Assembly (NCBI GenBank): GCA_965649055.1
Contig: CBFGJG010000019.1
Coordinates: 1-35,328, forward strand
DNA: 35,328 nt
Source: a candidate division WOR-3 bacterium
Lineage (GTDB): Bacteria; Hydrothermota; UBA3072; B12-G15
Direction: 5' to 3'
Below are positions 22,519 to 32,063 of the stretch, one piece after another. The translations under genes were made by a program, and so were the position numbers. The number at the start of each line of letters is the position of its first letter. The first letter of the stretch is position 1. The notes under the pieces were generated by a model that did no database searches, had not been told where the DNA came from, and saw only the letters and a program-made list of their open reading frames with translations.

Positions 22519-23031
22519 ATGAAGATAAAAAAATTTTTTATTGTTTTTTCTCTTTGCATTTTATCAAGCTGTATAGTTAAAAGAGGCATAAAACAGGATT
22601 TCCATACCCATCCTTCTGAGTGGAAAGAACCAAGATTATATTTTACAGAATTTGATAGGAGTTTTGAGAAGAATATAAAGATAACAAGAATAAAACTAAT
22701 TGATAAAGGGTTTGTTAAAAATTTTTCTCAAAATAATGCTTACTGGTTTGTAATTGTAGAACCTGATTTTAATAATGAAGGCCCTTGGTCATCAGAGATA
22801 TATATTTTTAATGAAAGGGAATATTTAATTAAAATAGTTTTAAAAGAGCATTCAAGTTATACACCAGAAGTTTTCTGGATAAACGATAAATATTTACATA
22901 TAAAGGTATGGTGGGGAAGGGTTTTAGGTTCAATATTCATATATGATGTAGAGAAAGAAAGAATAGTTATAAAAGAGATGATTCATGATGGAACAAATAT
23001 TTTTAATCAGTATCATGAGGAGGAAAAATAA
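22519..23031 (+). CDS. Hypothetical lipoprotein
   Basis: Basic n-region, hydrophobic core, LSSC lipobox; beta-rich body (WWGR). Confidence 0.7.
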   Translation: MKIKKFFIVFSLCILSSCIVKRGIKQDFHTHPSEWKEPRLYFTEFDRSFEKNIKITRIKLIDKGFVKNFSQNNAYWFVIVEPDFNNEGPWSSEIYIFNEREYLIKIVLKEHSSYTPEVFWINDKYLHIKVWWGRVLGSIFIYDVEKERIVIKEMIHDGTNIFNQYHEEEK

Positions 23032-23032
23032 T

Positions 23033-23482
23033 ATGGAAAGAGTGGATTTGGCACTTGAAACTTTCAAAGATGGTTTTAATTGTGCGCAATCTGTTCTATT
23101 TGCATTTGCAGAGGATTTCGGGCTTGATAGAAAAATAGCTTTAAGAATAGCAGGTGCATTTGGTGGTGGAATAGGCAGAATGGGGAATATATGTGGTGCA
23201 GTGTCAGGTTCATTTATGGTAATAGGTTTAAAACATTCCAAATTGAGTGCAGAAGATAATGTAGAAAGGGAAAAAGGATATAAACTTGTAAGATTATTTG
23301 TTGAAATATTTAAAGAGAAGAATGGTTCTATTATCTGCAAAGATTTACTTGGATATGATATGAGTATTCCTGAGGAATTTAAAATTATAAAGGAAAAAAA
23401 TCTTACGGGAATATTGTGTCCAAAATTTGTCAGGTCAGCAGTTGAAATACTTAGCGAAATTTTAAAAAAGGAGAATGTATGA
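23033..23482 (+). CDS. C_GCAxxG_C_C family putative redox-active protein
   Basis: FNCAQSV, FGGG, ICGAVSG, GSIIC, C..FV. ATG 23033 has GAGGAGG upstream (ORF track: 22985). Confidence 0.9.
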   Translation: MERVDLALETFKDGFNCAQSVLFAFAEDFGLDRKIALRIAGAFGGGIGRMGNICGAVSGSFMVIGLKHSKLSAEDNVEREKGYKLVRLFVEIFKEKNGSIICKDLLGYDMSIPEEFKIIKEKNLTGILCPKFVRSAVEILSEILKKENV

Positions 23483-23781
23483 ATAGAGGATTAATATTGG
23501 GTATCTTGGGAAGTGTTATTGGTCTTGCTGGTGGTATTATTGGTTCTTATTTAAGTATAAAGAACACAAACGGTCCTAAAGAGAAGGTTTTTGTAAAAAA
23601 GGCAGTTCTGGGATTCTGGATAGGTATTATAGTATTTTTAATCTTTCTTTTAATAATCCCAGTGCCTTATAATAATATTATGTGGATAGTATATGGTATT
23701 TTATTGCCGATTACTATAATTTATTTTAACAAAAGACAAGAGAAAATAAGAAAAGAAGAAAAAGATATCAATAAGGTTTAG
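23479..23781 (+). CDS. Small hypothetical membrane protein (3 TM)
   Basis: ATGA overlap with the previous gene, AAGGAG SD, three hydrophobic segments. Confidence 0.75.
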   Translation: MNRGLILGILGSVIGLAGGIIGSYLSIKNTNGPKEKVFVKKAVLGFWIGIIVFLIFLLIIPVPYNNIMWIVYGILLPITIIYFNKRQEKIRKEEKDINKV

Positions 23782-23813
23782 GACAAAAAAATATACAAAA
23801 CAAATGAGATACT

Positions 23814-24155
23814 ATGGAAAAAATTATTTCTTATTGTGGTCTTATATGTTCAGAATGCCCTGCATATATTGCGACTTTGAATGATGATAATAACGCGAGA
23901 AAGAAGGTTGCAGAAAACTGGTCAAAGATGTTCCATGCAGAGATTAAACCAAAAGACATTAATTGTTCAGGTTGTCTTCACGATGGAGAGATTATATTTA
24001 ATTACTGCAAGGTATGTGAAATAAGAAAATGTGGTAAGGGAAAGAAGGTAAAAAATTGTGGATTTTGTGATGAATACCCTTGTGAAAAACTCACTGAATT
24101 TTTAAAGATGGTTCCAGAAGCAAAGAAAGTGCTTGATCAGATGAGATTAAATTAG
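23814..24155 (+). CDS. Cys-rich protein, DUF3795-like
   Basis: YCGLICSECPAY, CSGC, CKVCEIRKC, CGFCDEYPC. Confidence 0.85.
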   Translation: MEKIISYCGLICSECPAYIATLNDDNNARKKVAENWSKMFHAEIKPKDINCSGCLHDGEIIFNYCKVCEIRKCGKGKKVKNCGFCDEYPCEKLTEFLKMVPEAKKVLDQMRLN

Positions 24156-24166
24156 GGAAATAAAAG

Positions 24167-24423
24167 ATGGAAAAAGAAAAAAAAGATATAAGAAAGAATA
24201 TTTGGATATTAGAAAATTCAATAGATTACCAGAAAAATTCTATCGTGAGCAGAACAATTATAGATAAAAAATCAGGAACAATAACAATATTCTCATTTGA
24301 TAAAGGGCTGGGATTAAGTGCACATACTCCTCCTTACGATGCGTTTGTTTATATCCTGCAAATGAACCACATTCTTTAAAAGCAATTAACAGGTTTAAAA
24401 TGCTACTTGTAATGGTCAAGTGA
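24167..24423 (+). pseudogene. Cupin-domain gene with internal deletion and frameshift
   Basis: First frame: YQKNSIVSRTII..FDKGLGLSAHTPPYDAFVYI. The -1 frame from 24355 gives PANEPHSLKAINRFKMLLVMVK*, the family's C-terminal half. The intervening segment of about 20 aa is absent. Confidence 0.85.
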
Positions 24424-24450
24424 TAAATTTATTATATTTTTTTCTTATCC

Positions 24451-24478
24451 TTGACATATTTTTTATAATGTTTATGAT
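24451..24478 (+). promoter_or_regulatory. sigma70-type promoter of bioY
   Basis: TTGACA-N16-TATGAT, followed by an AAGGAG SD. Confidence 0.7.
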
Positions 24479-24495
24479 TTAGAAAAGGAGAGAAT

Positions 24496-25074
24496 ATGAC
24501 TTATAGTGATATTATAAGACCTAAAAAAATTGTTTTTGCATTTGTTTACGATATTATTTTGGTTATCTTCTGTTCTTTTTTGATTGCATTTTCATCAAGG
24601 ATTGTTATCCCTTTACCATTCACACCTGTTCCTATAACGATGCAGACATTTTCAGTGCTTCTTACAGGTTCAATACTTGGTTCAAGGAAAGGTTTAATTT
24701 CAGTTATTGTATTTATTCTCTCTGGAATAGCAGGTCTTCCTGTTTTTGCATCAGGGAATTCAGGTATTCTTTATCTTTCAGGCCCAACAGGTGGTTATAT
24801 CTTTGGTTTTATCCTTGCTGCTTATTTTACAGGATTTTTTTCAGAGAAAAAATGGGATAGAAAGATGAATACAACATTATTAAGTATGTTAATAGGAAAT
24901 ATTTTGATTTATATCCCCGGTTTAATCTGGCTTGCGAAATTTACAGGTTTCAAATATGTATTAAAGATGGGATTTTATCCCTTTATTATTGGTGATATAA
25001 TAAAGATATTGTTTGCAATTATTTTACTTCCTTCAGGATGGAAAATATTAAAACAAAGGAGAATTTATGAATAA
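24496..25074 (+). CDS. bioY: Biotin transporter S component
   Basis: PFTPVPITMQT, GLPVFA, GPTGGYIFGF, PFIIGD..K. Confidence 0.96.
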   Translation: MTYSDIIRPKKIVFAFVYDIILVIFCSFLIAFSSRIVIPLPFTPVPITMQTFSVLLTGSILGSRKGLISVIVFILSGIAGLPVFASGNSGILYLSGPTGGYIFGFILAAYFTGFFSEKKWDRKMNTTLLSMLIGNILIYIPGLIWLAKFTGFKYVLKMGFYPFIIGDIIKILFAIILLPSGWKILKQRRIYE

Positions 25075-26266
25075 AAATTCAGATTTCTGGGAAAGGTATT
25101 ATTCTTTAAGGTCTTCAAGGATTAAATCTTCTATTATAAGGGAGATATTAAAGATAACTGAAAAACCTGATGTTATTTCATTTGCAGGTGGTCTTCCTGC
25201 ACCTGAGATTTTTCCTGTAAGGGAGTTTGAAGAGGCAGCAAGGTTCCTTTTGCCAAGAATGGGAATGAAGATGCTTCAATATTCTGCAACAGAAGGATTC
25301 CCACCTTTAAAAGAATTCATTGCTGAATACATGAACAAATACGACATACCTGCAAAACCTGAAAATATTATTTTGACAAATGGTTCACAGCAGGCACTTG
25401 ATTTGATTGGAAGGCTTTTTATAAATGAAGGTGATGCTGTAATAGTTTCAGCACCAACATATCTTGGTGCATTACAGGCATGGGATATATGTAATCCAAA
25501 ATATCTTCAGGTTCGTATGGATGACGATGGAATGATTGTTGAAGATATTGAGGAACATCTGAAGAAGGAGAAAGTGAAATTTATATATGTCCTTCCGAAT
25601 TTTCATAACCCTGCAGGTGTAACCATACCTTTTGAAAGAAGAAAGAAGATCGTTGAACTTGCTGAGAAATACGATGTATTTATAGTTGAAGATGACCCTT
25701 ATGGTGAACTCAGGTTTGAAGGTGAAGATATTCTTCCTTTTATGAGTATGATGAAGGAAAGGGTAATATATTTAAGCACATTTTCAAAGACACTCGCACC
25801 GGGAATAAGGCTCGGGTGGATTGCAGCATCTGAATTTGTAATAAGAAAGTTCGTTCAATTAAAACAGGGGGCAGACCTTCATACTGGGACTCTGGTTCAG
25901 TACCTTGCCTGGGATTTATGCACAAGGGGAATAATGAGGGCACATGTTAAGAAAATAAGGGAGGTATATAAAAGAAGAAGAGACCTTATGCTTCAGAGTA
26001 TGGAAGAATACTTCCCAAAAGAAGGTGTTAAATGGACAAGGCCACAGGGTGGATTATTTCTTTGGGTTATTCTTCCAGAGAAAGTTGATACATATAAATT
26101 GCTTGACAAGGCACTTGAATTGAAGGTTGCTTATGTCCCTGGTTCACCTTTTTATGCAGATGGAAGCGGTAAGAACACAATGAGACTTAACTTCTCAAAT
26201 GCAACTGAAGAAAATATTGTGGAAGGTATAAAAAGATTAGGGAAACTATTCAGAGAGGTTATTTGA
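25067..26266 (+). CDS. PLP-dependent class I aminotransferase (LysN/ARO8-like)
   Basis: ISFAGGLP, GSQQALD, PNFHNPAG, EDDPYGEL, STFSKTLAPGIRLGW, RLNFS. Confidence 0.95.
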   Translation: MNKNSDFWERYYSLRSSRIKSSIIREILKITEKPDVISFAGGLPAPEIFPVREFEEAARFLLPRMGMKMLQYSATEGFPPLKEFIAEYMNKYDIPAKPENIILTNGSQQALDLIGRLFINEGDAVIVSAPTYLGALQAWDICNPKYLQVRMDDDGMIVEDIEEHLKKEKVKFIYVLPNFHNPAGVTIPFERRKKIVELAEKYDVFIVEDDPYGELRFEGEDILPFMSMMKERVIYLSTFSKTLAPGIRLGWIAASEFVIRKFVQLKQGADLHTGTLVQYLAWDLCTRGIMRAHVKKIREVYKRRRDLMLQSMEEYFPKEGVKWTRPQGGLFLWVILPEKVDTYKLLDKALELKVAYVPGSPFYADGSGKNTMRLNFSNATEENIVEGIKRLGKLFREVI

Positions 26267-27249
26267 TATTTTTATTTTTCTTTAATATCTTGTTTGAAGA
26301 TAGTTTTGAATATGGGATGGATAATAATGGAAATTTTATAAATTGGGATGAGACATCTTTATATGGTGGGATTGGTGATGCATTTGCGTTTGATGATACT
26401 TTGATAAGATACGATGGAAGACATGCTGGTTGTTTCCAATTAACTGAAGGTGAACAGGGTGGATGGGCATATGTTTCCAAAGTTATACAATGGCCTGAAA
26501 CTAAAAGACTTTATTATAGTTTCTATCTAAGAAATGGTAATATATCTGAATCCAATGTCATTATTGGTGGGCTTTATTTTATTGAAGCCTATATTGTTCA
26601 TCCAAGTGGATACAGAGAAAGGGCAAATATTGAAACACATCCTTCATACGGCCTTCCTGATACACTTTTTATGATAAGGATGGCATACAGAGGTAGGGAT
26701 GGACAAAGACACAGACAGCAGGATAATTTAAAATATATAAGAAGGGGTGAATGGTATAATATAACAATGCTTGTTGATTTAAGTGGAGAATATCCATTTT
26801 ATGCCTGGTGGCTTGATGGAGATTTTGTCTGGTCAGAATACGATTCTTCCACAGGGAATGATACTTTATCACCAACGGAGGTTCATTTTGGTTGTTCATG
26901 GCTTGATTGGTATCCTGGTAATAAAGGAAAGGTATGGATTGATAAATGTGTTGTATCTGATGATTTTTCAGGTATAAAAGAAATTATTAAAATACCAAGT
27001 ATTTATACAAATTTAGATATGAATGGATTTCTGGATTTAAAATTAATTATCCCTATAGGTGCAACCTATGAAGTTTCATTATATGATATTAAAGGCAGAA
27101 AAATGGATATAATCTGTAAAAGTTTATATAATTGCAAAGTTGTTGAAGAATTTAGATACAATTTAAATAATTATAACAGTGGTATATATTTTGTTTATTT
27201 AAAAACAAAGGATTATTTTTTAAGTCGAAAGATAGTTTTTTTTAAATAG
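26263..27249 (+). CDS. Putative secreted protein: jelly-roll/lectin-like domain plus T9SS type-A-like C-terminal sorting domain
   Basis: FEDSFE, GEWYNI, WWLDG, VWID pattern; tail [10 protein letters not shown]...[10 protein letters not shown]....RKIVFFK. TTG start overlaps the upstream TGA. Confidence 0.75.
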   Translation: MIFLFFFNILFEDSFEYGMDNNGNFINWDETSLYGGIGDAFAFDDTLIRYDGRHAGCFQLTEGEQGGWAYVSKVIQWPETKRLYYSFYLRNGNISESNVIIGGLYFIEAYIVHPSGYRERANIETHPSYGLPDTLFMIRMAYRGRDGQRHRQQDNLKYIRRGEWYNITMLVDLSGEYPFYAWWLDGDFVWSEYDSSTGNDTLSPTEVHFGCSWLDWYPGNKGKVWIDKCVVSDDFSGIKEIIKIPSIYTNLDMNGFLDLKLIIPIGATYEVSLYDIKGRKMDIICKSLYNCKVVEEFRYNLNNYNSGIYFVYLKTKDYFLSRKIVFFK

Positions 27250-29596
27250 ACTGTTTAAACAATATATCTTTTTCTTTAAAATCTATTATTACTTTTCCTT
27301 CTTTTATTTCACCTTGAACTATTTTGTTTGCAAGTGGTGTCTCAACATATCTCTGTATGGTTCTCCTTAAAGGCCTTGCACCAAAACTTCTATCATATCC
27401 TTCATATGCAAGAAATTCTTTTGCATTTTCAGTTATCTCTATCTCTATATTCCTTTCTTTTAATCTCTTTCTTAAATCATTTATCATTATATCAACGATA
27501 TTTTTTACCTGTTCAATGCTTAATGGCTTAAATATTATTATCTCATCTATCCTGTTTAGGAATTCAGGTCTAACTGTCCTTTTCAATGTCTCAAATACCT
27601 TCTCTTTAAGCAATTCATAATTGTCAGAAAGTTCATATATGATATCAGATGCAATATTTGATGTCATTATTATTATTGTATTCCTGAAATCAACAGTCCT
27701 TCCTTTTCCATCAGTTAATCTGCCATCATCAAGTATCTGTAAAAGGACATTGAAAACATCAGGATGTGCCTTCTCAATCTCATCAAAAAGCACAACCCTG
27801 TATGGTCTTCTTAAAACAAGTTCGGTTAGATATCCACCTTCTTCATACCCAACATATCCGGGTGGTGCGCCAATAAGCCTTGATATACTATGTTTTTCCA
27901 TATACTCACTCATATCAACACGAACAAGTGCATCTTCTGAATCGAATAAAACCCATGCAAGAGCCTTAGCAAGTTCGGTTTTTCCAACACCAGTTGGCCC
28001 TAAGAATATAAATGAACCAATGGGTCTTCTTTCATCCTTAAGACCGCTCCTTGCCCTTCTTATTGCGTTTGCAATTGCATTCACTGCCTCATCTTGATTT
28101 ATAACCCTTGAATGTAATTTCTCTTCGAGATGGATAAGTTTCTCTTTATCCTGTTCCATCATTTTAGATACTGGAATTCCTGTCCATTCAGAAACAATAT
28201 TAGCAATATCTTCTTCTTTTAATATATCTGTTAAATCCTTTTCTTTCATCCATCTTTCCTTCTTTTCCCGTGCTTCTTTTAAGAGGATTTCTGCACGCAT
28301 ATTCAGGTCTTTTTCAAGGTGAGGGTTATTCTTAGCTTCATTTTTTAATGCTTCTGCCTTCATTTCAATATCTTTTATCTTATCAGGGTATTCGGAAAGT
28401 TCTATTCTTCTCCTTGCACATGCCTCATCAAGAAGGTCTATTGCTTTATCTGGCAGGTATCTTCCCTGAATGTATCTTTTTGAAAGAACAACAGATGCCT
28501 TTATTGCATCATCGTTTATTTTTACATTGTGATGTCTTTCATAACTTTCTTTTAATCCTTCTAAAATCTTAATCGCATCTTCTATTGATGGTTCATCAAC
28601 CCATACGGGCTGGAATCTCCTTGCTAATGCAGGGTCTTTCTCTATATGTTTTCTGTATTCTTCTATTGTTGTTGCACCTATTGTCTGTAATTCACCCCTT
28701 GCAAGAACTGGTTTCATAATATTTGCTGCATCAATTGCACCTTCTGCAGCACCTGCACCTACAATTATATGTATTTCATCTATAAAGATAATTACCTTAT
28801 CTTTCTGTTTCTGTAGTTCATTTAATATTGCCTTCATCCTTTCTTCAAATTCTCCCCTGAATTTAGTTCCTGCAACTATTCCGGTTATATCAAGGGCAAG
28901 GACTTTCTTGTTTTTTAAAACATCAGGGACTTCACCTTTAACTATTCTTTGCGCAAGTCCTTCTACTATAGCTGTTTTACCAACACCTGCTTCACCTATT
29001 AAAATTGGATTATTCTTTGTCTTTCTTGCAAGTATCTGAATAACCCTTTTTATTTCCTGTTCCCTGTCTATTACAGGGTCACCGATTTCTTTTGTCAGGT
29101 CCCTTGTGTATTTTTCAAGGATTCTATATTTACTCTCTGCATCAGGTTCATCTATCCTTGCTTCACCGCGAACCTTTCTTAGAGCAAGGTAAATCCTTTC
29201 CCTTGTAATATTAAATCTCGAGAAAATTGAAGCAACATCTCCGCCTGCATCTGTCAAAGCAAGTAGAATATGTTCAGAACCTATATACTGGTCTTTTAAT
29301 CTTCTTGCCTCTTCCCAGGCATCATTAAGGACCTTGTTTGCCCTTGGTGTTATGTACCCTTGAGAACCACCAAACACCTTTGGTCTTCTTTCAAGTGCAC
29401 TTATTATTGAACCTTTAACCTGATTCACATCTTCGCCCATTTCCTTTAAAATCTGTGGAACTATACCTTCTGTATCTTCAAGTATTCCATAAAGTATATG
29501 TTCGGCATCAAGTTCAGAATGATTAAATTTTGTAAGAGAAGATTGAGCAATACTCAATGCTTCTTTTGCCCTTTCGGTGAATCTATCTATATTCAT
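27242..29596 (-). CDS. Class I Hsp100/Clp ATPase (ClpB/ClpC-like, atypical)
   Basis: Double Clp-N domain, two AAA+ modules ([27 protein letters not shown]), GYVG pore loop, GARPLRR. Confidence 0.95.
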   Translation of the reverse strand: MNIDRFTERAKEALSIAQSSLTKFNHSELDAEHILYGILEDTEGIVPQILKEMGEDVNQVKGSIISALERRPKVFGGSQGYITPRANKVLNDAWEEARRLKDQYIGSEHILLALTDAGGDVASIFSRFNITRERIYLALRKVRGEARIDEPDAESKYRILEKYTRDLTKEIGDPVIDREQEIKRVIQILARKTKNNPILIGEAGVGKTAIVEGLAQRIVKGEVPDVLKNKKVLALDITGIVAGTKFRGEFEERMKAILNELQKQKDKVIIFIDEIHIIVGAGAAEGAIDAANIMKPVLARGELQTIGATTIEEYRKHIEKDPALARRFQPVWVDEPSIEDAIKILEGLKESYERHHNVKINDDAIKASVVLSKRYIQGRYLPDKAIDLLDEACARRRIELSEYPDKIKDIEMKAEALKNEAKNNPHLEKDLNMRAEILLKEAREKKERWMKEKDLTDILKEEDIANIVSEWTGIPVSKMMEQDKEKLIHLEEKLHSRVINQDEAVNAIANAIRRARSGLKDERRPIGSFIFLGPTGVGKTELAKALAWVLFDSEDALVRVDMSEYMEKHSISRLIGAPPGYVGYEEGGYLTELVLRRPYRVVLFDEIEKAHPDVFNVLLQILDDGRLTDGKGRTVDFRNTIIIMTSNIASDIIYELSDNYELLKEKVFETLKRTVRPEFLNRIDEIIIFKPLSIEQVKNIVDIMINDLRKRLKERNIEIEITENAKEFLAYEGYDRSFGARPLRRTIQRYVETPLANKIVQGEIKEGKVIIDFKEKDILFKQSI

Positions 29597-30032
29597 AATC
29601 CTCCAGTTTTTTTATAATATTGGTTGTTGATTTATTTTTTATATATGGAAAAACAATGACCTTACCACCATAAGATTTAACAAAATCTGAACCAACTATT
29701 TCATTCTCTTTCCAGTCACCACCTTTTACAAGTATATCAGGTTTTATCTTCTTTATAAGATTTAAAGGTGTGTCTTCATCAAATGTGATTACCATATCAA
29801 CATATCTTATACTTTCAAGTACTATCTTTCTATCTTCAACTGGATTTACAGGTCTTTTGCTCCCTTTTATTCTTCTTATGGATTCGTCTGTATTTAGACC
29901 CACTATCAGGAAATCACCGAGCGATTTACAGAATTTAAGAAGTTCAATGTGTCCTATATGTATTATATCGAAACAACCGTTTGTAAATACAATCTTTTTT
30001 TTGTCTTTCTTTAAATTTTCAATAATTTCCAT
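29583..30032 (-). CDS. rfaE2: D-glycero-beta-D-manno-heptose 1-phosphate adenylyltransferase
   Basis: [38 protein letters not shown]. Confidence 0.96.
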   Translation of the reverse strand: MEIIENLKKDKKKIVFTNGCFDIIHIGHIELLKFCKSLGDFLIVGLNTDESIRRIKGSKRPVNPVEDRKIVLESIRYVDMVITFDEDTPLNLIKKIKPDILVKGGDWKENEIVGSDFVKSYGGKVIVFPYIKNKSTTNIIKKLEDYEYR

Positions 30033-30960
30033 ATTTTTTTATATAATCTTCAATCTCTTCTTTATAAACAGGTGTAGCACCAAGTTTTCCAATCTTTATT
30101 CCTGCTGCAATACAGGCGATTTTTACAGCATCTTTCAAATCCATCCCTGAAACCATTGAAGCTGTAACAGTGGAAATAACTGTATCTCCGGCACCTGTAA
30201 CATCAAAAACATCTTTCACAATTGAATCAAAATGGTAAAAATTATTATTTTCAAAGAGGAGCATTCCCTTTTTCCCCCTTGTCAAAAGAACAGGGGAATT
30301 AATTCTTTTATGAAGGTTCAATCCTTCCTGTATTACCTCATCATCGTTATGGAATCTCTTTCCCATAACCTGTTCAAGTTCCCTTTCGTTAGGTTTGAAT
30401 AATGATACATTTCTAAATTCAGTGAAGTTTTTAAATTTAGGGTCAACAGTGATTATGGTTCTTTCGTTTAAAGAGCAAAAGAAACCAATCAGATTTTTTG
30501 TAAAAAAACCTTTGTTATAATCCTGTAATATTATAGCATCAATATCTTTTAGATTATTAACAAAATCAATAATTTTATCCTCCAGAGAAGAAGGGATATC
30601 TTCGGTTTCTTCTTCATCTATCCTTAAAACCTGCTGATTATGCGCTATTATTCTTGTTTTCTTTGTTGTCTTCCTGTTTTTTATCCTTAATATCCCTTCT
30701 GTTCTTACTTTCCTTTCTTTCAAATAATTAATTAATTCCTGACCATCTTCGTCTTCACCAACGATACATAAAGGTATTGGATTAAGACCGAGTGCTAATA
30801 TATTCATTGCAACATTTCCAGCACCACCCGGTCTTCTTTCAGAACTTAAAATATTTATAATAGGAACAGGTGCTTCAGGTGATATCCTTTCACATATACC
30901 AAATTTATATTCGTCAAGCATTATGTCGCCAGCTATAAGCACATTTTTCTTTTTAAACAT
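30019..30960 (-). CDS. rfaE1: D-glycero-beta-D-manno-heptose 7-phosphate kinase
   Basis: GDIMLD, RISPEAPVP, GGAGNVA, DYNKG, KPN..E, DVTGAGDTV. Confidence 0.96.
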   Translation of the reverse strand: MFKKKNVLIAGDIMLDEYKFGICERISPEAPVPIINILSSERRPGGAGNVAMNILALGLNPIPLCIVGEDEDGQELINYLKERKVRTEGILRIKNRKTTKKTRIIAHNQQVLRIDEEETEDIPSSLEDKIIDFVNNLKDIDAIILQDYNKGFFTKNLIGFFCSLNERTIITVDPKFKNFTEFRNVSLFKPNERELEQVMGKRFHNDDEVIQEGLNLHKRINSPVLLTRGKKGMLLFENNNFYHFDSIVKDVFDVTGAGDTVISTVTASMVSGMDLKDAVKIACIAAGIKIGKLGATPVYKEEIEDYIKKYGNY

Positions 30961-30966
30961 ATAAGT

Positions 30967-30994
30967 AAAATATAAAATAATTAAAGAATGTCAA
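30967..30994 (-). promoter_or_regulatory. sigma70-type promoter, probably leaderless, for rfaE1-rfaE2-clp
   Basis: TTGACA-N16-TATTTT-N6-ATG with no SD. Confidence 0.65.
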
Positions 30995-31032
30995 GAATTA
31001 GATGTAATAATGAAATATAGGCAATTCTACGG

Positions 31033-31061
31033 TTGACAGAATAAAAATTTTAAGATATATT
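31033..31061 (+). promoter_or_regulatory. sigma70-type promoter, probably leaderless, for the J-domain gene
   Basis: TTGACA-N17-TATATT-N5-ATG(31067) with no SD. Confidence 0.65.
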
Positions 31062-31066
31062 TGGAT

Positions 31067-32026
31067 ATGGAGAACATAACAGATTATTATAAAATTCTTG
31101 GTGTCTCGGAAGATGCAAATAATGAGGAAATAAAGAGAAGATATTATGAACTTGCAAAAAAATACCACCCTGATTCAAAAGGATCTGAAGAGGTTTCAGG
31201 ACAAAAATTTATAGAAATAAATGAAGCATACCATATTCTGATAGACCCTGAAAAAAGGAAAAGGTATGATTACGTTAGAAAATACGGTAGTATAAACAAG
31301 AGTTTATGGGAGCAGTTTGAAAAGGATGTGGCAAATATTAAAGATTTTACAGTTCTTTTAATGGAAATTCAGAAGTATCAATTTTATAAGATTGCATCAA
31401 GCACAGCAGGTGGTGGAATTGGTATTGGAACAGGTGCATATGTCGGTTATCGTATAGGTGGTATATGGGGTGCAATTGCAGGTGGAATAATTGGTGGTAT
31501 TGCAGGTATGTTTGGAGGGAGTAAGATTGTTGATTTGGTTGATGGTGAAAAACATAAACAGCTGAAATACGAGACAACAAAGAAAATTTTAAGTTATGTT
31601 GAGAAAACACCCGAACTTAGAAAACCTATTGCTGAATTCATATATTTGAAATTATTCGAAAAACAGGGAATTATGTTGCCGGTTGCATACAATGATATTC
31701 ATAATATGGCGCAGAAGGATGAAAGATTTAATATATTTTTAGCATATCTTGATTCCTTTGGTAACTTTGACTCAAACCTTGGGAATATCATAAAAGGTAA
31801 TGTTGATGAAATAAATCTTATATTAAACTGGGCTGGGAAATATTATAGTGAAATAGAAAAGGAGAATAAAATAGATAGGCAATTATATTTAAAAAATGAA
31901 TACATAAGACTTTCCCAGGAATTACAGAACTTGGAATCTGCATTCTTCAAAAATAAAAAAAAGATACAGGAAATAAAAGAAAAGCTAAAAGATATCGAAA
32001 AAGAATTTAACGATCTTTTTAAATAA
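31067..32026 (+). CDS. Class C J-domain protein with glycine zipper and C-terminal coiled coil
   Basis: DYYKILGV..AKKYHPD..FIEINEAY..RKRYD, then a GxxxG-rich hydrophobic segment; no Zn finger. ATG 31067 preferred over TTG 31061. Confidence 0.88.
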   Translation: MENITDYYKILGVSEDANNEEIKRRYYELAKKYHPDSKGSEEVSGQKFIEINEAYHILIDPEKRKRYDYVRKYGSINKSLWEQFEKDVANIKDFTVLLMEIQKYQFYKIASSTAGGGIGIGTGAYVGYRIGGIWGAIAGGIIGGIAGMFGGSKIVDLVDGEKHKQLKYETTKKILSYVEKTPELRKPIAEFIYLKLFEKQGIMLPVAYNDIHNMAQKDERFNIFLAYLDSFGNFDSNLGNIIKGNVDEINLILNWAGKYYSEIEKENKIDRQLYLKNEYIRLSQELQNLESAFFKNKKKIQEIKEKLKDIEKEFNDLFK

Positions 32027-32029
32027 GTC

Positions 32030-32057
32030 TTGACTTATTTTTTTAAAAGTTTGTAAT
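32030..32057 (+). promoter_or_regulatory. sigma70-type promoter, probably leaderless
   Basis: TTGACT-N16-TGTAAT-N6-ATG with no SD. Confidence 0.55.
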
Positions 32058-32063
32058 TAGAAA

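Noticed and set aside
22519..24423. Integron cassette array
   Set aside because: Genes overlap or abut, no attC-like palindromes lie between them, and no integrase is present.
30961..31060. CIRCE or CtsR heat-shock operator between the clp operon and the J-protein gene
   Set aside because: No TTAGCACTC-N9-GAGTGCTAA and no tandem GTCAA heptad repeat; the inverted TGTCAA/TTGACA are divergent -35 boxes.
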